A stretch of DNA of 64,000 nt, taken from positions 90,770,001 through 90,834,000 of the forward strand of contig CM059432.1 in assembly GCA_030390025.1 (NCBI GenBank), in the 5' to 3' direction. This DNA comes from Squalus acanthias. Its lineage: Eukaryota. Under the pieces are notes generated by a model. The model did no database searches. It saw only the letters and a list, made by a program, of their open reading frames with translations, and was not told the origin of the DNA. Every line of letters starts with the position of its first letter. The stretch's first letter is position 1. A program made the translations under genes and the position numbers. Shown one piece after another: positions 48,188 to 60,023 of this stretch.

Positions 48188-50151
48188 ATTATATTCTGTA
48201 CCTTTGTAATTCATTTTTAAAAGAAAAACATCCCACTGTTGCTGTACAGCCCCGTGTCAATTTTTTCTTCCACTTCACCTCAGCGAGCTCTTTCTAAGAT
48301 CTGCCCTGATCCAATTTGGTGTTATTGTTTTTGTACTAACTTTTTCCCTTTTTAGTTGAATCTTAAATCTTATAATCTGGTCACTACTCCCAAGTTGTTC
48401 ACCCACATTTAGCTCAGCTACCAGATCTAGCAATGCCTCTGCCCTTGTAAGCCAACTAATGTACTGCTTGACGAAGAAGTCCGATACTCCCTCTCTGTCT
48501 CAATCAATAAGTGGCTAATTAAAATCTCCCAGAACAATAATTTTGTTACTGCTACTCATCTCTCTAATCTGTCTGGAATTTCCCTCTTTCATTGCCTCCC
48601 ATATAACCCTATTAATTTGACAGGTCATTTTTTATCTTTGAGTTCCTTCCATATTGACTCTGATTGTACCCCTTCCTAGTTTACATCAACCCTCCCTACA
48701 CCATGTATTCCATCTTTCATCAATATTGCCACTCTGCCTCCTCCCTGTGCTGCAATTGATTTTCAAATCTGCTGCAGGAGTGTGCTTAGTTCTGTTACGG
48801 AGACTTTAGGAATTCAGTCGGCACAGGCAGGTATCTGTAGATAGGTCCAGATATGAGAGCCTGGCCCATGTACACACAAGTGGCAGCATAAGGGTGATTC
48901 AAAATGGGGTGTCTTTAAAGTGTGGGTTCATCTGTCTGGCATTCCTCCTTTGATGTTCATTCTCCAGAATCTGCAAATAAAGATGTGTACCCATAGGGAT
49001 ACCCACTAACAGCGTCAGCTGTGCATAATGTCACAGAAAGGAGATGCATTACGGCTTTAATTAGCTATCAGGAAGGCTCCAAAAAGTTCCTCTAATCACC
49101 AACCAGACAAAAATAGTCAGTTACTAAGAGATATAACAATGTATCTTTAACAACAAGGACCTCAATAAAGTTAACAGGCCTCTGTTATACAACTTATTTT
49201 ATATGGGCGAACACCTTATTGAGTGCTGCTCAGGACTTTAGACCACATTTCAAGGTCCTCTCCTTATTTAAATAACATTCAGCCTCCAGTGAGCCTTGTA
49301 CAAAGACTATGTGCAGGCTACCAGTGTTTCCCCAATCAAATAGATATGCGCAATGTGCATGTGGTATGGAGTATGGCTTAGGGCCTCTCCGCTCAATAAT
49401 ACGGCCTCAGGCACTGAGGTACAATAGTGCTTTGGGCATTTCCACTTACATTATCAACCCCATAAAGTCTTACTTTTTTTGAGAATTTTTTAAGCATGCC
49501 CATAAAATGCCCAAGTTCTGTTGGAAAACTGCTCAACAAGTTTTGACCCTGGGGGCCTTTCTCACTTGGATTTGTGCCTGCCTCTTTCCTGAAACTTGCA
49601 TTATCCATCTGCCCCCATCCTCCCGATATTTTTCAGTGTTATGCTTGTTCTCGCCCAATCTCCTATTCTCAGTGCCACTCTCTTATAGAAGAATTAAAGC
49701 TAGCTATTGGGTATGCTTGCTCTAGATGCAGCCATTCTGAGTCCCTGGGTGTGGCTGCCATCTGTGCTTCTGCCATTGCCACAACGTGCCTTCCTGGTGT
49801 GGCCATGGGCACATTCTTTCCTATGAATGTGCCTACACTTACAGTGTACTCCATGCAGATTCCTGTACATCCTACTTTTTTTATTCCGATGCTACTGTAA
49901 ATGCCTGCCGTCCTGATGTAGCTGCTTCTGCTTTCTGCGCTCTCAGATGGCTCCACTGTGCTTCAGACCCCTCCTCCAAATCGCTCCCAAATGCCAGCCA
50001 CCTCCAATGTTTGCTTCCTTAATAAGTTGCTGGACTTTGAAAATAATTCATTCTGTGTGAAGTACCTTGAAAATTTTCAACATGATAAGATGTTATATAA
50101 ATGCAAGTCTTTCTACCATATTACTTCAATATTCTCTTTTATTGCATCCAA

Positions 50152-51552
50152 GGGGGCGATTTTCTGATGTCGGAGGAGGCGGATTTGGAGGCGGGAAAGG
50201 CGGGAAAATCAGATTCAAAGAGGTTGGGTTCGGAACCCGCCTCCGTGGGATTTTGCCAGTGCCGCTTTTGGAGGTCGGGAAACGCTCCTGCCTCCAGCTA
50301 GCCATTATGCTATTAAAGATCCTTAAATGCTCGTTAAGGGCCTCTCTAAGCCTATTTTGAGAGGCCCTCGTGATTTTTCCAGCTTTTCAGCGTGATGCAC
50401 GCACCTCCTAAACCACGCCAGGTAAACCTGGCGGGTTGACTCGTGGGTGGCCTCCTCACCACTGCAGGTCTAACAAGACATCGTTTATTGCAGCAAGGAT
50501 TACTTGCAGGTGCCAGACCTTGGCTTTAAAAGATCTCTGAGCACTTTTAGAAGGCCTTTCCAAAGTCGGAGGTGCTGCAACTTGACTCCATCAACTGTGG
50601 GACCTCCTTGGAAGACCCTCTCCCCGCTTGCAATGAGCGCTTCCCCAAAGGAGGCATCTACAAGCAGCATGGGAACCATTCGTTTTCTTTCTGCATGGAC
50701 CTCAGAGGAGGAGGAGGAGGAGGGGAGGATGGAGGAGCAGGAGGTCAGAGCGCCGGTGTATCGACCAGCAGCAGCGGCAGTACGCGAGCACATGGCTGCC
50801 CGGGATGCAAGGGATGAACTTATCATGGCCAGATTTGCATAGGTTGCCCAAGTTGGCACATGTCCTTTGCTCCATCCTAGGACATCATTGATAATGGACA
50901 TGACTCTCTGGCCTCCTTTCACTCAGGCCACCAACCTGACAACGCAAGTGTGGCGGTGCCCTCAATGTGGAGCTGCCTAAGGCGAAAGAACAGATGGCAT
51001 AACGCCAACATTTTGGCTTCAAATCATTTTAATGCTTTCCAACAGGGATGGCATTTCATCAATACACAGAAACAGTCTCCCAATCTGCACACAGATCTGG
51101 AGGTTATATTCCTTGCCAGCTGTACCCATGCAGCCTTGGTTTCTTTGGCAGGCCTCTTCCTCCGAGATGAGTGGAAGAGCACCTCCATGCTAGCTGTCAC
51201 CCCCTCCAACAACATTTGCAGCGCCTCTTCCGAGAGCCTCGGGTAGGCCCTTGCCTTGGAATTGGACATAGTGGTTTCTCAAAAGATCTTGGAGGTGATG
51301 CAGGAGACGCAGAAAGGCTGTGGAATGAGCCAAGGGAGCAAAAGCCATAAAATCAGACTGGAAAAGTCCTGTCAACAGAGGCGAGTTTCAGTCCCTAAAC
51401 ACTAATTGAGCAAGGGCATCCCACACCTCTGAAATCAAGTGGCCAATCATGGGAAAATCGCAAATTTTTGAAACCTATCAGTGGAGGCGGATTTCAAACC
51501 CACCCAAACTGAAACCCGCCTCCATCTCCCCTCCAGTGGGAAAATCGCCCCC
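50152..51552 (+). mobile_element. Internal-deletion derivative of the 22006-24544 Harbinger
   Basis: TIRs GGGGGCGATTTT / AAAATCGCCCCC; perfect TSD CAA; colinear except for a deletion of about 1.1 kb in the transposase; same truncated Myb ORF (51024-51269, -). Confidence 0.92.
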
Positions 51553-51576
51553 CAAGCTTTCAATAGCGGTGATATA

Positions 51577-53375
51577 GGCCAGAATTTTACCGGCACTCAG
51601 AGTGCGGGTTTGGAGGCGAGTCCGCTGTCAAAATCACAAAGATTGACAGCAGGTCGGTATCCCGCTGTAAACCCGCCTCCTTGTCAGTTTCCCAAATGTC
51701 GGGTCTGTCATCCCTGAACAGACCCGACACCAAGCGGCGGGTCAGCCAATTTAGATACTTAAAAGGTTGTTAAAAGGTAGTTGAGCACCATTTTCCCATG
51801 TACTTGCCATTTTACCAGGTTTTTAATGAGGTTCCCGGAGAGCGGGTATCACGCCAGGTAAGTAGGTCGGATGTTGTGTCAGAATGGAATGATTTACTAA
51901 CCTGACAGCTGGAAATATTCAATGAAAGCTCCCATTTCATAGGTCTTCACTTTCCAAGGTTCGAAGCTGTTGTTTACTGCATTTGGAAGACAGATTGAGC
52001 TTTATGCAGGTTGCAAGTGATTGGAGCAAACTCTCTATCCAGTGTCACCTCATTGGAACAACCTCTCTCACCATTGACAGATTGCTTCTGTCATCTCAAC
52101 CTCACCTGCCATCTATTCCATCAGCATCGGTGCCCTTGAAAAAATCTCACCTTGGTCCTCAGAATCCCAGCACTGATCAGCCCCAACACCAGCAGCACCA
52201 GGCACACCAGCAGCACCAACATTCACACCAAACTTCTCCGCAATCAACTGATGCTGCACAGGACACAGGGCATCATCACCCGTGCACATTGCTGCCCGTG
52301 ACTCCAGCGATGGCCTCACCATGTCCAGATTGACTTCACTTAACACTGTACACCCTGGCTGCCACATGATGCACCAGGTTGGCACCACCCCATACCAACA
52401 CCATAAAGCATCCCTACAATGCCCAAACCATTCCTTTCACACTCATCACCATTGGGGTGGGGTGGGGGGGGGGGGCGGAGGTGGACGTTATATCTCACTA
52501 TCCAGCTGAACTCACTAAGACACTTCCAAAGGTGCACACAAATCTGTCCAAGAAGGCAAAGTGTTGAAAATAAAGATTTCAATGCTTGACAACACATTAA
52601 CAGAAACTTTACATGAACATTGGCTAAAGCACACAAGTGCCTACCCTTGTGTGTTATTAGTTTGAATGATTGGACAAGGATGAGGGTGAGTGTGAGGGTG
52701 GCTAGTGAGATGGGGAAGTGATAACGTAGACAGAGAGGGATGGGTGGAGGTGTAAGGTAAGTTGGTGTGAGTAAGGATGTGCAAGAGTAGGGTAGGGAAG
52801 GCAGAGTGATGGGGATGTGATGAGTGGCACAGCAGGATGAGATTGAGTGTGGCTTTGCAGTAACGTTTCGTAATCTACTGTGATCACATTGAAAGGTTTG
52901 CGCCACTGCACCCAGGTCATCCTGACAACAGCCCCGCTTGTGCACTCCTGTGCAATGTGCAACCAGGCTGCGTTGGTGTGCTGGGGAGGTGTCTTCCGCC
53001 CATGGGAAGGGAAGAGAACCTCCCTGTGTGCTGTGACTCCCTCCATAAGCATATGGGAGAGCCTGGGTGCAGCCGTGCCCCTTTGTGCAGTGCTTGTCAG
53101 TGTTTGCAGCACCTCAATGCTGCAGAACACTGACAGCACAACTGACAAAATCAATGTGTCCATGGTCCCTTTAAGGAAACCGGCTGATGACGCGTCATCA
53201 AATGACGTCATCAGACCCGCTTCCTATTAATTGGCCGGGAACCTCGCAGGGCGGGCTTAAGAAGCCCCATCAATGGAAAATCATGTTGGAGGCTGGGATC
53301 GAGACAGATGCGGGGTCCCCACACACCACGGACGTCGCCCGCCACGGACCCGCTGAGGTTGGAAAAATCCAGCCC
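51577..53375. mobile_element. Non-autonomous Harbinger with a transposase 5' remnant (+) and a convergent Myb exon 1 remnant (-)
   Basis: TIRs GGCCAGAATTTT / AAAATCCAGCCC; TSD ATA; AAPRLS...MEGVTAHREVLFP...W...MTWVQWRKPFN. Confidence 0.85.
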
Positions 53376-53557
53376 ATAATTTCTTATTACTAATGTTACT
53401 TGTCTGCCTAGATTAGCAGGTTTGTCCCATTGAAGAAAATCTAGGAGCTGACCTCAAAACAGATCTCTGAAATTTAAATTAGGTTATTTATGGATTTACT
53501 TATGTTCCCAGTACACAACAGTCACTGTAATCCATTACCATGGTATTTGTGTTGTAG

Positions 53558-53725
53558 TTTCAACAACAAGAGGATCTGGTGAGGTTTTTACGGGATGAGC
53601 TTAATCAGGAACGGAGCCAATATCAGGAGCAACAAAGGCAGCTCGTTAAATTGAAGTACCATACGTCTGAAATGGAGACAGAAGTGGATAACCTCAAAAT
53701 CAAACAAAAAAGCGAAATGCAGCTG
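53558..53725 (+). CDS. Host gene exon, coiled-coil protein (FQQQEDLVRFLRDELNQERSQYQEQQRQLVKLKYHTSEMETEVDNLKIKQKSEMQL)
   Basis: tttgtgttgtAG acceptor, CTG|GTAAAT donor, 168 nt, phase 0/0. Confidence 0.85.
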
Positions 53726-54609
53726 GTAAATAAACTTTCTATTATTGTAAGTAGTTCTGTTGTGACATTGCTCACAGGTAGTCCATGACAGGGGCCAGGG
53801 AATGGAGCAGTTTGGTTGAGAATGGAGCACAGAGTCAAAGAGCAGAGAAGACAGGCATAGTGGGAGTTTGAGTTGGACAGAAATTCGAGTTGAAGCAACG
53901 ATGGATTTCCTGCTTTGCCGGGAGCAGCAAAATCTCGAGGCTGAGGTGGGCGCAGGTGTCCCTGTGGCTCAGAGCAACTGTAGAGGCATATGTTGGGTTA
54001 AAGTTCAGACAAATGCTGGTGAGAGCAGCAGGGTTCGTTCTGTAAATACGTACATTTGTTTCCACTAGCCAGCAAGCACTAGCTCCTGGCAAAGTGCTAA
54101 ATTGTTAAAAAAAAATCTAATTTAAATGTCAAAGCACTTGCTGCCCATATAGGTTTTCAGATATTTGCTTTTAGGACTTAGGGAGGATTTTCCTTCTGAG
54201 TTACACTAGTTTTCCATTGTAAATTGTGCTGAATCTGTCTCAACAAGTCTCCGCCCACTTTTGCCTCTCTCTAGTGATCTTTCATTTGAGGTCAGAAGCG
54301 CCTGCCCAAAAATGGGTGAGGTAACCAAATAAAATAATACTGACAGAGTGATGTCAAATGTCACATTTTCCATTATTACAGCTATAGAAGGAACGCCTAT
54401 ATACAACAGCTATCCAGCACTGCTAAGGCTGGCGGAGACATAAAAAAAATTTAAAGGTCCATCCCAGAGAGTGCAATTCACACTCCCATACCAGTTATTC
54501 AGACAGGATGTCCAGAGAACAGACCCTCTCCTGACTAGGAGGAACATATCCCACTTTAAGCTGCTACAGGCATCAGGCCCTACAGCAGCAGGGCTTTACC
54601 TTCCTTTCC

Positions 54610-55882
54610 CACCACTTCTGCCTGCTTCACGACGACATGCAAGCCGTGATCCTGACCAACGGTTCCATCACAGACCCAATTCACGTACGGACCGGTGTCA
54701 AGCAAGGCTGTGTCATCGCACCAACACTCTTCTCGATCTTCCTGGCTGCAATGCTTCATCTCACCCTCAGTAAGCTCCCCGCTGGAGTGGAGCTAATCTA
54801 CAGAACAAATGGGAAACTGTTCAACCTCCGTCGCCTCCAGTCCAGATCCAAGGTCGTCCCATCTTCTGTCATCGAATTACAGTATGCAGACGACGCTTGT
54901 GTTTACGCACACTCTGAGGCTGAACTCCAAACCATCGTCAACACCTTCACCGAAGCGTACGAGAGCATAGGCCTTACACTAAACATCCGTAAGACAAAGG
55001 TCCTCTACCAACCTGCTCCCGCCACACATTACTGTCCCCCGATTATCAAAATCCACGACGAGGCCTTGGGCAACGTGGACCACTTTCCATACCTCGGGAG
55101 CCTACTGTCAACAAGGGCAGACGTCGATGACGAAGTCCAACACCGCCTTCAGTGTGCCAGTGCAGCCTTCGGTCGCGTGAGGAAGAGAGTGTTTGAAGAC
55201 CAGGACCTCAAACCCAGCACCAAGCTCATGGTCTACAGAGCAGTAGTGATAGCCGCCCTCCTGTATGCTTCAGAGACATGGACCATGTACAGCAGGCACC
55301 TCAAAGCACTGGAGAGGTACCACCAACGCTGCCTCCGCAAGATTCTGCAAATCCATTGGCAGGATAGGCGCACCAATGTCCGTGTTCTTGCTCAGGCCAA
55401 CATCCCCAGCATCGAAGCTTTGACCACGCTTGATCAACTCCAATGGACGGGCCACATCGTCCGCATGCCTGATACGAGACTCCCAAAACAAGCGCTCTAC
55501 TCGGAGCTCCGACACGGCAAGAGAGCCCCAGGTGGGCAGAGGAAACGCTTCAAGGACACCCTCAAAGCCTCCTTGAAAAAGTGCAACATCCCCACCGACA
55601 CCTGGGAATCCCTGGCCCAAGACCGCACAAAGTGGAGGAGAAGCATCCGGGAAGGCGCCGAACACCTCGAGTCTCTTCGCCGGGAGCAAGCGGAAGCCAA
55701 GCGCAAACAGCGGAAGGAGCGCACGTCAACCCAAGCACCCCACCCACCCGCCCCTTCAACCACCGTCTGCCCCACCTCTGACAGAGTCTGTAGGTCCCGC
55801 ATTGGACTCATCAGTCACCTGAGAACTCATTTTTAGTGTGGAAGCAAGTCATCCTCGGTTCCGAGGGACTGCCTAAGAGAAG
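54610..55882 (+). mobile_element. RTE-clade LINE, 5'-truncated
   Basis: Open RT/C-terminal ORF followed by a short 3' UTR and an (AAGAG)-like tail. Confidence 0.9.
54637..55836 (+). CDS. RTE reverse transcriptase C-terminal part (399 aa, partial)
   Basis: GVKQGCVIAPTLF, LQYADD, FPYLGS, LLYASETW, terminal C2H2-like remnant. Confidence 0.85.
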   Translation: MQAVILTNGSITDPIHVRTGVKQGCVIAPTLFSIFLAAMLHLTLSKLPAGVELIYRTNGKLFNLRRLQSRSKVVPSSVIELQYADDACVYAHSEAELQTIVNTFTEAYESIGLTLNIRKTKVLYQPAPATHYCPPIIKIHDEALGNVDHFPYLGSLLSTRADVDDEVQHRLQCASAAFGRVRKRVFEDQDLKPSTKLMVYRAVVIAALLYASETWTMYSRHLKALERYHQRCLRKILQIHWQDRRTNVRVLAQANIPSIEALTTLDQLQWTGHIVRMPDTRLPKQALYSELRHGKRAPGGQRKRFKDTLKASLKKCNIPTDTWESLAQDRTKWRRSIREGAEHLESLRREQAEAKRKQRKERTSTQAPHPPAPSTTVCPTSDRVCRSRIGLISHLRTHF

Positions 55883-56602
55883 ACATGGTGGGTTAATTGA
55901 TGGCAGATGGAAACCTCACTGGGAGCCCACCAAAAAAATGGAAATCGGGCTAACCTCAGAAACATCACTGGGTTAGCAGTGCATCTGTGAGGCAGCAGGG
56001 TGACCAGTACCACAATACTTACGGCAGCATAGCCACCAAGGAGGAAAATCCAAGTCATTGGCTCTTCTTGATCATTATTCTTTTTTTTGTGTGTGAAATT
56101 TTATACTGATGAAGCTGAGATGTTGGTTTTGGGAATGGGACACTTTCCTATCAGGCATCCAGTGTTAGGATTGAGCTCTTTCACGTCAGGTATACCATGA
56201 TTAGATGCAGATTAAAGCTCCCACTGCTCATCCTTATGAGTCGGCCTTGACTATAGAAGGACAATATCTACTGTGCCAGTGAGACATTTTTGATTTCCCT
56301 CCACAAATTAGAGCACTAAATAAGCAATCTTAGACCTAGCACACTGGTGTGGAAAAGATTAAAATATCGTGCAGGTACAGGTTGGTGCTGTGGACCCATG
56401 CCTACTATGAACTGGATTGCCCAAACTCATTTGGACCTATGGAGCCAGCAATTTATTTGAATTATAACTTCCATTTTACCTGTAAATCTTTCACAAATAT
56501 ATATTTTTTTTAAACAATTCTACGTGAGCATAACAGGCTGACAAATGTTAGATCCCAATATATTCTCCTTAAAATAAGTAGAATGCATTGGTGCTTTCAC
56601 AG

Positions 56603-56770
56603 ATTAAGGATCGGGAGAATCATATATCCACGCTGGAAGAAGAAATGAAACACCTGCAACATAAATATCATAGTATCTGTGAGGAGCTAATGAAAGAGAA
56701 GTCCCAATTCAAAGATCTTCAATTAAAGATGGCTACAGCTGAGATAAAGACAAAGAGCCACACTGAAGAG
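56603..56770 (+). CDS. Host gene exon, coiled-coil protein (IKDRENHISTLEEEMKHLQHKYHSICEELMKEKSQFKDLQLKMATAEIKTKSHTEE)
   Basis: ctttcacAG acceptor, GAG|GTAAAT donor, 168 nt, phase 0/0. Confidence 0.85.
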
Positions 56771-58581
56771 GTAAATTATAGTTTTATATTATAGTTAAGT
56801 GAAGAGGAAAATATATTACTGAAGTTATAGGCCTAGAAATGGGTTTGCCCTGGAAAACGAATGCAGGGGATCACGATGCGCGATTAAGAGGACTGCAGGC
56901 AGTATGCAAACTTCGTGCTACCTGCTTATTTCCATGATTGTGGCATTCAGCCCAGCGCTGAACACGCTGCTGAGTGGCTGAATGCTCAGCAAGGGGCCCA
57001 AGTTCGTGCGAGGCTTGCTCCGCTTAAAGCTAGCCTGCACTACTTAAAGGCAGTCTGCACCTCTTAAAGGGGAGATGCATTCTACCTGCAGCAGATCATT
57101 GAACTGGCTAGGGAAGACAGTGAAAAACAATTAATAATGGCACAACAGAGGAGAGAGCGTGCACCAAGGTTCTCGGATGCAACACAGGGAGGCCTTGGTG
57201 CAGGAGGTGGATCGGAGGATAGAGGCGCTGTTGCCACAGGAGGCCCTCCAGGCAATAGTGCAAAGTACAATGGGAGCGGATAGCCAATGTGGTGAATGCT
57301 AGCAGTGTACCCCTGAGGACCTGGACACAGTGCAGGAAGAAGTTTAATGACCTCACATGAGTGGTCAAGCTCAGTGAATTCATCTTCAAATGCCATATTC
57401 CACCATCTGCACCACTAGCCTCACACAATGCTCAATGCACCACACCCCATCACTCACCAACAATCTCTACCAAACACAAATCACACCTCACAGTCATAGC
57501 TTCACTAAACCCTTATACACTTACCATCGCTGCAAGCCTCACACCCACATCTCACAGCTCGCACACACTGCAAGTTATTCAACCATGACAGGCACATCAC
57601 CACACTCACTGACACACTTCCCTTTCTCTTGCAGGAAAAGGTGGCTCATAACCGGCTCAAGCAGCACCTAACCGGCAGGGGACAGGCTGGCCATTCTTCG
57701 GAGGGGCACCTTCCATCTCTTACTGACTATCACATCGTTGCTTGGCCACAGTGCAAAAATAAAACCCACACAAAATAAACATTCCAAACCAAATTTATAA
57801 ATTAAACCATGCCATATTGCATACCAAATGAAACTAATTACCCTTGTGCATTCCCTTAGTACCTGTCTTCTGTGTGCCTTTGCCTGTCCTTGTGCTCCTA
57901 CACAGTGCTACCCCAGTGGCTGCAGTATGGCTGGTGGAAGGCTGCTGACTTTCAGTGGAGGAGACTGCAGATGGCCATGCAGGACGACCTCAAGTAGCTC
58001 TAGGCCTAGTAGGCCCGGCTTTGGACTGCACCACCTCGGTATGGATGGCAGCAGTCTGGGCTGGCTGGCTGACAGGCAACAGCAAGGGCACTGGCAGAGT
58101 GGCAGTGGTGGGAGGACGAATGCTGTCATCCTGAGAGAGGACAGCAGATTCATGCTCCACAGAGTCACTGTCACTCCCCCAGGACGGCACCTCAGCAATC
58201 CTAGTAATCTGTTGGAGGACAGTTTGCTGGACTGATGTGACACCCTGCAAGCCACTTTCAACACTGGTAACCCCAGCCATGATGGCAGCAGTCTGCTTGC
58301 ATTGCAGCAAGCTAAGCTTGCATTACTTCAGTCTGAGCTTCCACTGCATCACTTGGGTGGCTTCTGCTTGTGCTGCAATGGAAGCTGAGACATCAGCCAT
58401 CAGACACTACATGATGGTTTGGTCCACAAGTGCGTTAATGGATTTGACCACGCCTTCCACGCAGGAAAGGATGAGCTCCAGGTTCTGCGCAAAGCCCTGT
58501 GCAACATTGGTGCTGGACTCCTCCATGCTCATGACATTACACTCAGGCTTTCTGGCAGGCCTGCCAATGCATCAAGCATTT

Positions 58582-60023
58582 GAACTAGAAAATTTCATTC
58601 ACTTTGCTTCCAATTTCCACCCTTCCCTCACCTTCACATGGTCCATCTCCGACTCTTCCCTTCCCTTCCTCGACTTCTCCGTCTCCATCTCTGGGGATAG
58701 GTTATTGACAAACATTCACTACAAGCCCACTGACTCCCACAGCTACCTGGACTACACTTCCTCCCACCCCGCTTCCTGGAAGGACTCTATTCCATTCTTC
58801 CAGTTTCTCCATCTCCGCCGCATCTGCTCTGACGATGCCACCTTCCATACCAGTGCTTCCGACATGTCTTCTTTTTTCCTCAACCGAGGATTCCCCTCTA
58901 CTGTGGTTGACACGGCCCTTGACCGTGTCCGTTCTATCTCCCGCACTTCTGCTCTCACCGCTGCCCCTCCCTCCCGGAACCACGATAGAGTTCCCCTTGT
59001 CCTCACCTTTCACCCCACCAGCCTCCACATTCAACAGATCATCCTCCGCCATTTCCGCCACCTCCAGCGTGATCCCACCACCAAACACATCTTCCCCTCA
59101 CCTCCCCTTTCAGCATTCTGAAGGAACCGCTCCCTCCACGACACCCTGGTCCACTCCTCTATCACACCCAACACCCCTTCCCCTTCGCCCGGCACCTTAC
59201 CGTGCAAGCGCAGGAGATGCAACACATGCCCTTATACCTCCCCCCTTCCCACTGTCCAGGGCCCCAAACACCCCTTCCAGGTGAAACAGCGATTTACTTG
59301 TACTTCTTGCAATTTAGTATACTGTATTCGCTGCTCACGATGTGGTCTCCTCTATATTGGGGAGACCAAACGCAGATTGGGTGACTGCTTTGTGGAACAC
59401 CTCCGTTCAGTCCGTAAGGGGGACCCCGAGCTTCTGGTCGCCTGTCACTTTAATTCACCGCTCCACTCCCACTCAGACCTCACCGTCCTCGGCCTCTTGC
59501 AGTGTTCCACTGAAGCTCAACGTAAGCTCGAGGAACAGCACCTCATCTTTCGATTAGGCACTTTACAGCCTCCTGGACTCAACATAGAGTTCAACAATTT
59601 CAGATCATAACCTCGGCCCCTATCATATATATTTTTTTTCCACACTTTTTTTTCTTCTCTCCCACATGGCAGCTGTCTTTCATTCTGTCAGTGCAATTTA
59701 CACTTCACCTAGAGCCGTCTTTTGTTTCTTAACCTGTCCCATTACCATCTCCTTTTGCCTTGTATATCTCTTAATGTCTCTTAACCTCTCCTGCCTCCTA
59801 TCCTATCACAGACCTTCCCTTTTGTTCTTTCATCCCCTTTCCCAGCTCCCACACTTGCTTAAAAATCTGTTCCATTTCCTGCTTTTTTCCAGTTCTGACG
59901 AAAGGTCATCGACCTGAAACGTTAACTCTGTTTCTCTCTTCATAGATGCTGCCTGACCCGCTGAGTACCTCCAGCATTTTCTGTTTTTATTTCAGATTTC
60001 CAGCATCTGCAGTATTTTCTTTT
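58582..60023 (+). mobile_element. Penelope-like element (Neptune-type), 5'-truncated, with premature stop
   Basis: Homologous to 35213-36711; 14-bp TSD TGCATCAAGCATTT (58568-58581 / 60024-60037). Confidence 0.92.
59891..59927 (+). ncRNA. Minimal hammerhead ribozyme motif
   Basis: AGTT-CTGACGA-A-AGGTC ATC GACCT-GAAA-CGTT-AACT. Confidence 0.72.

Larger units (their letters stand above)
40392..48750 (-). mobile_element. Old CR1 fragmented by five nested insertions
   Basis: Colinear pieces 40392-41335 (IRPQLEYC, GVPQGSVL), 43194-43673 (KASGPDGI), 44531-44636, 47034-47057, 47414-47440 and 48188-48750. Confidence 0.75.

Noticed and set aside
48780..50000. Possible further decayed Harbinger/Myb element (ORF 49669-49956)
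   Set aside because: Only faint resemblance to Myb C-terminal tails; no TIR or TSD found
20705..56770. Assigning a gene symbol to the host exons (CCDC18/PMFBP1-like was considered)
   Set aside because: Generic coiled-coil sequence; cannot be identified without a homology search
58237..59121. 294-aa ORF as a novel fusion protein
   Set aside because: Antisense Myb exon sequence reading through the TSD into a truncated Penelope ORF
35213..60023. Penelope targeting of Harbinger/Myb sequence (two or three cases)
   Set aside because: Other Penelope insertions are in CR1, target sequences differ, and the sample is too small in such a TE-dense window
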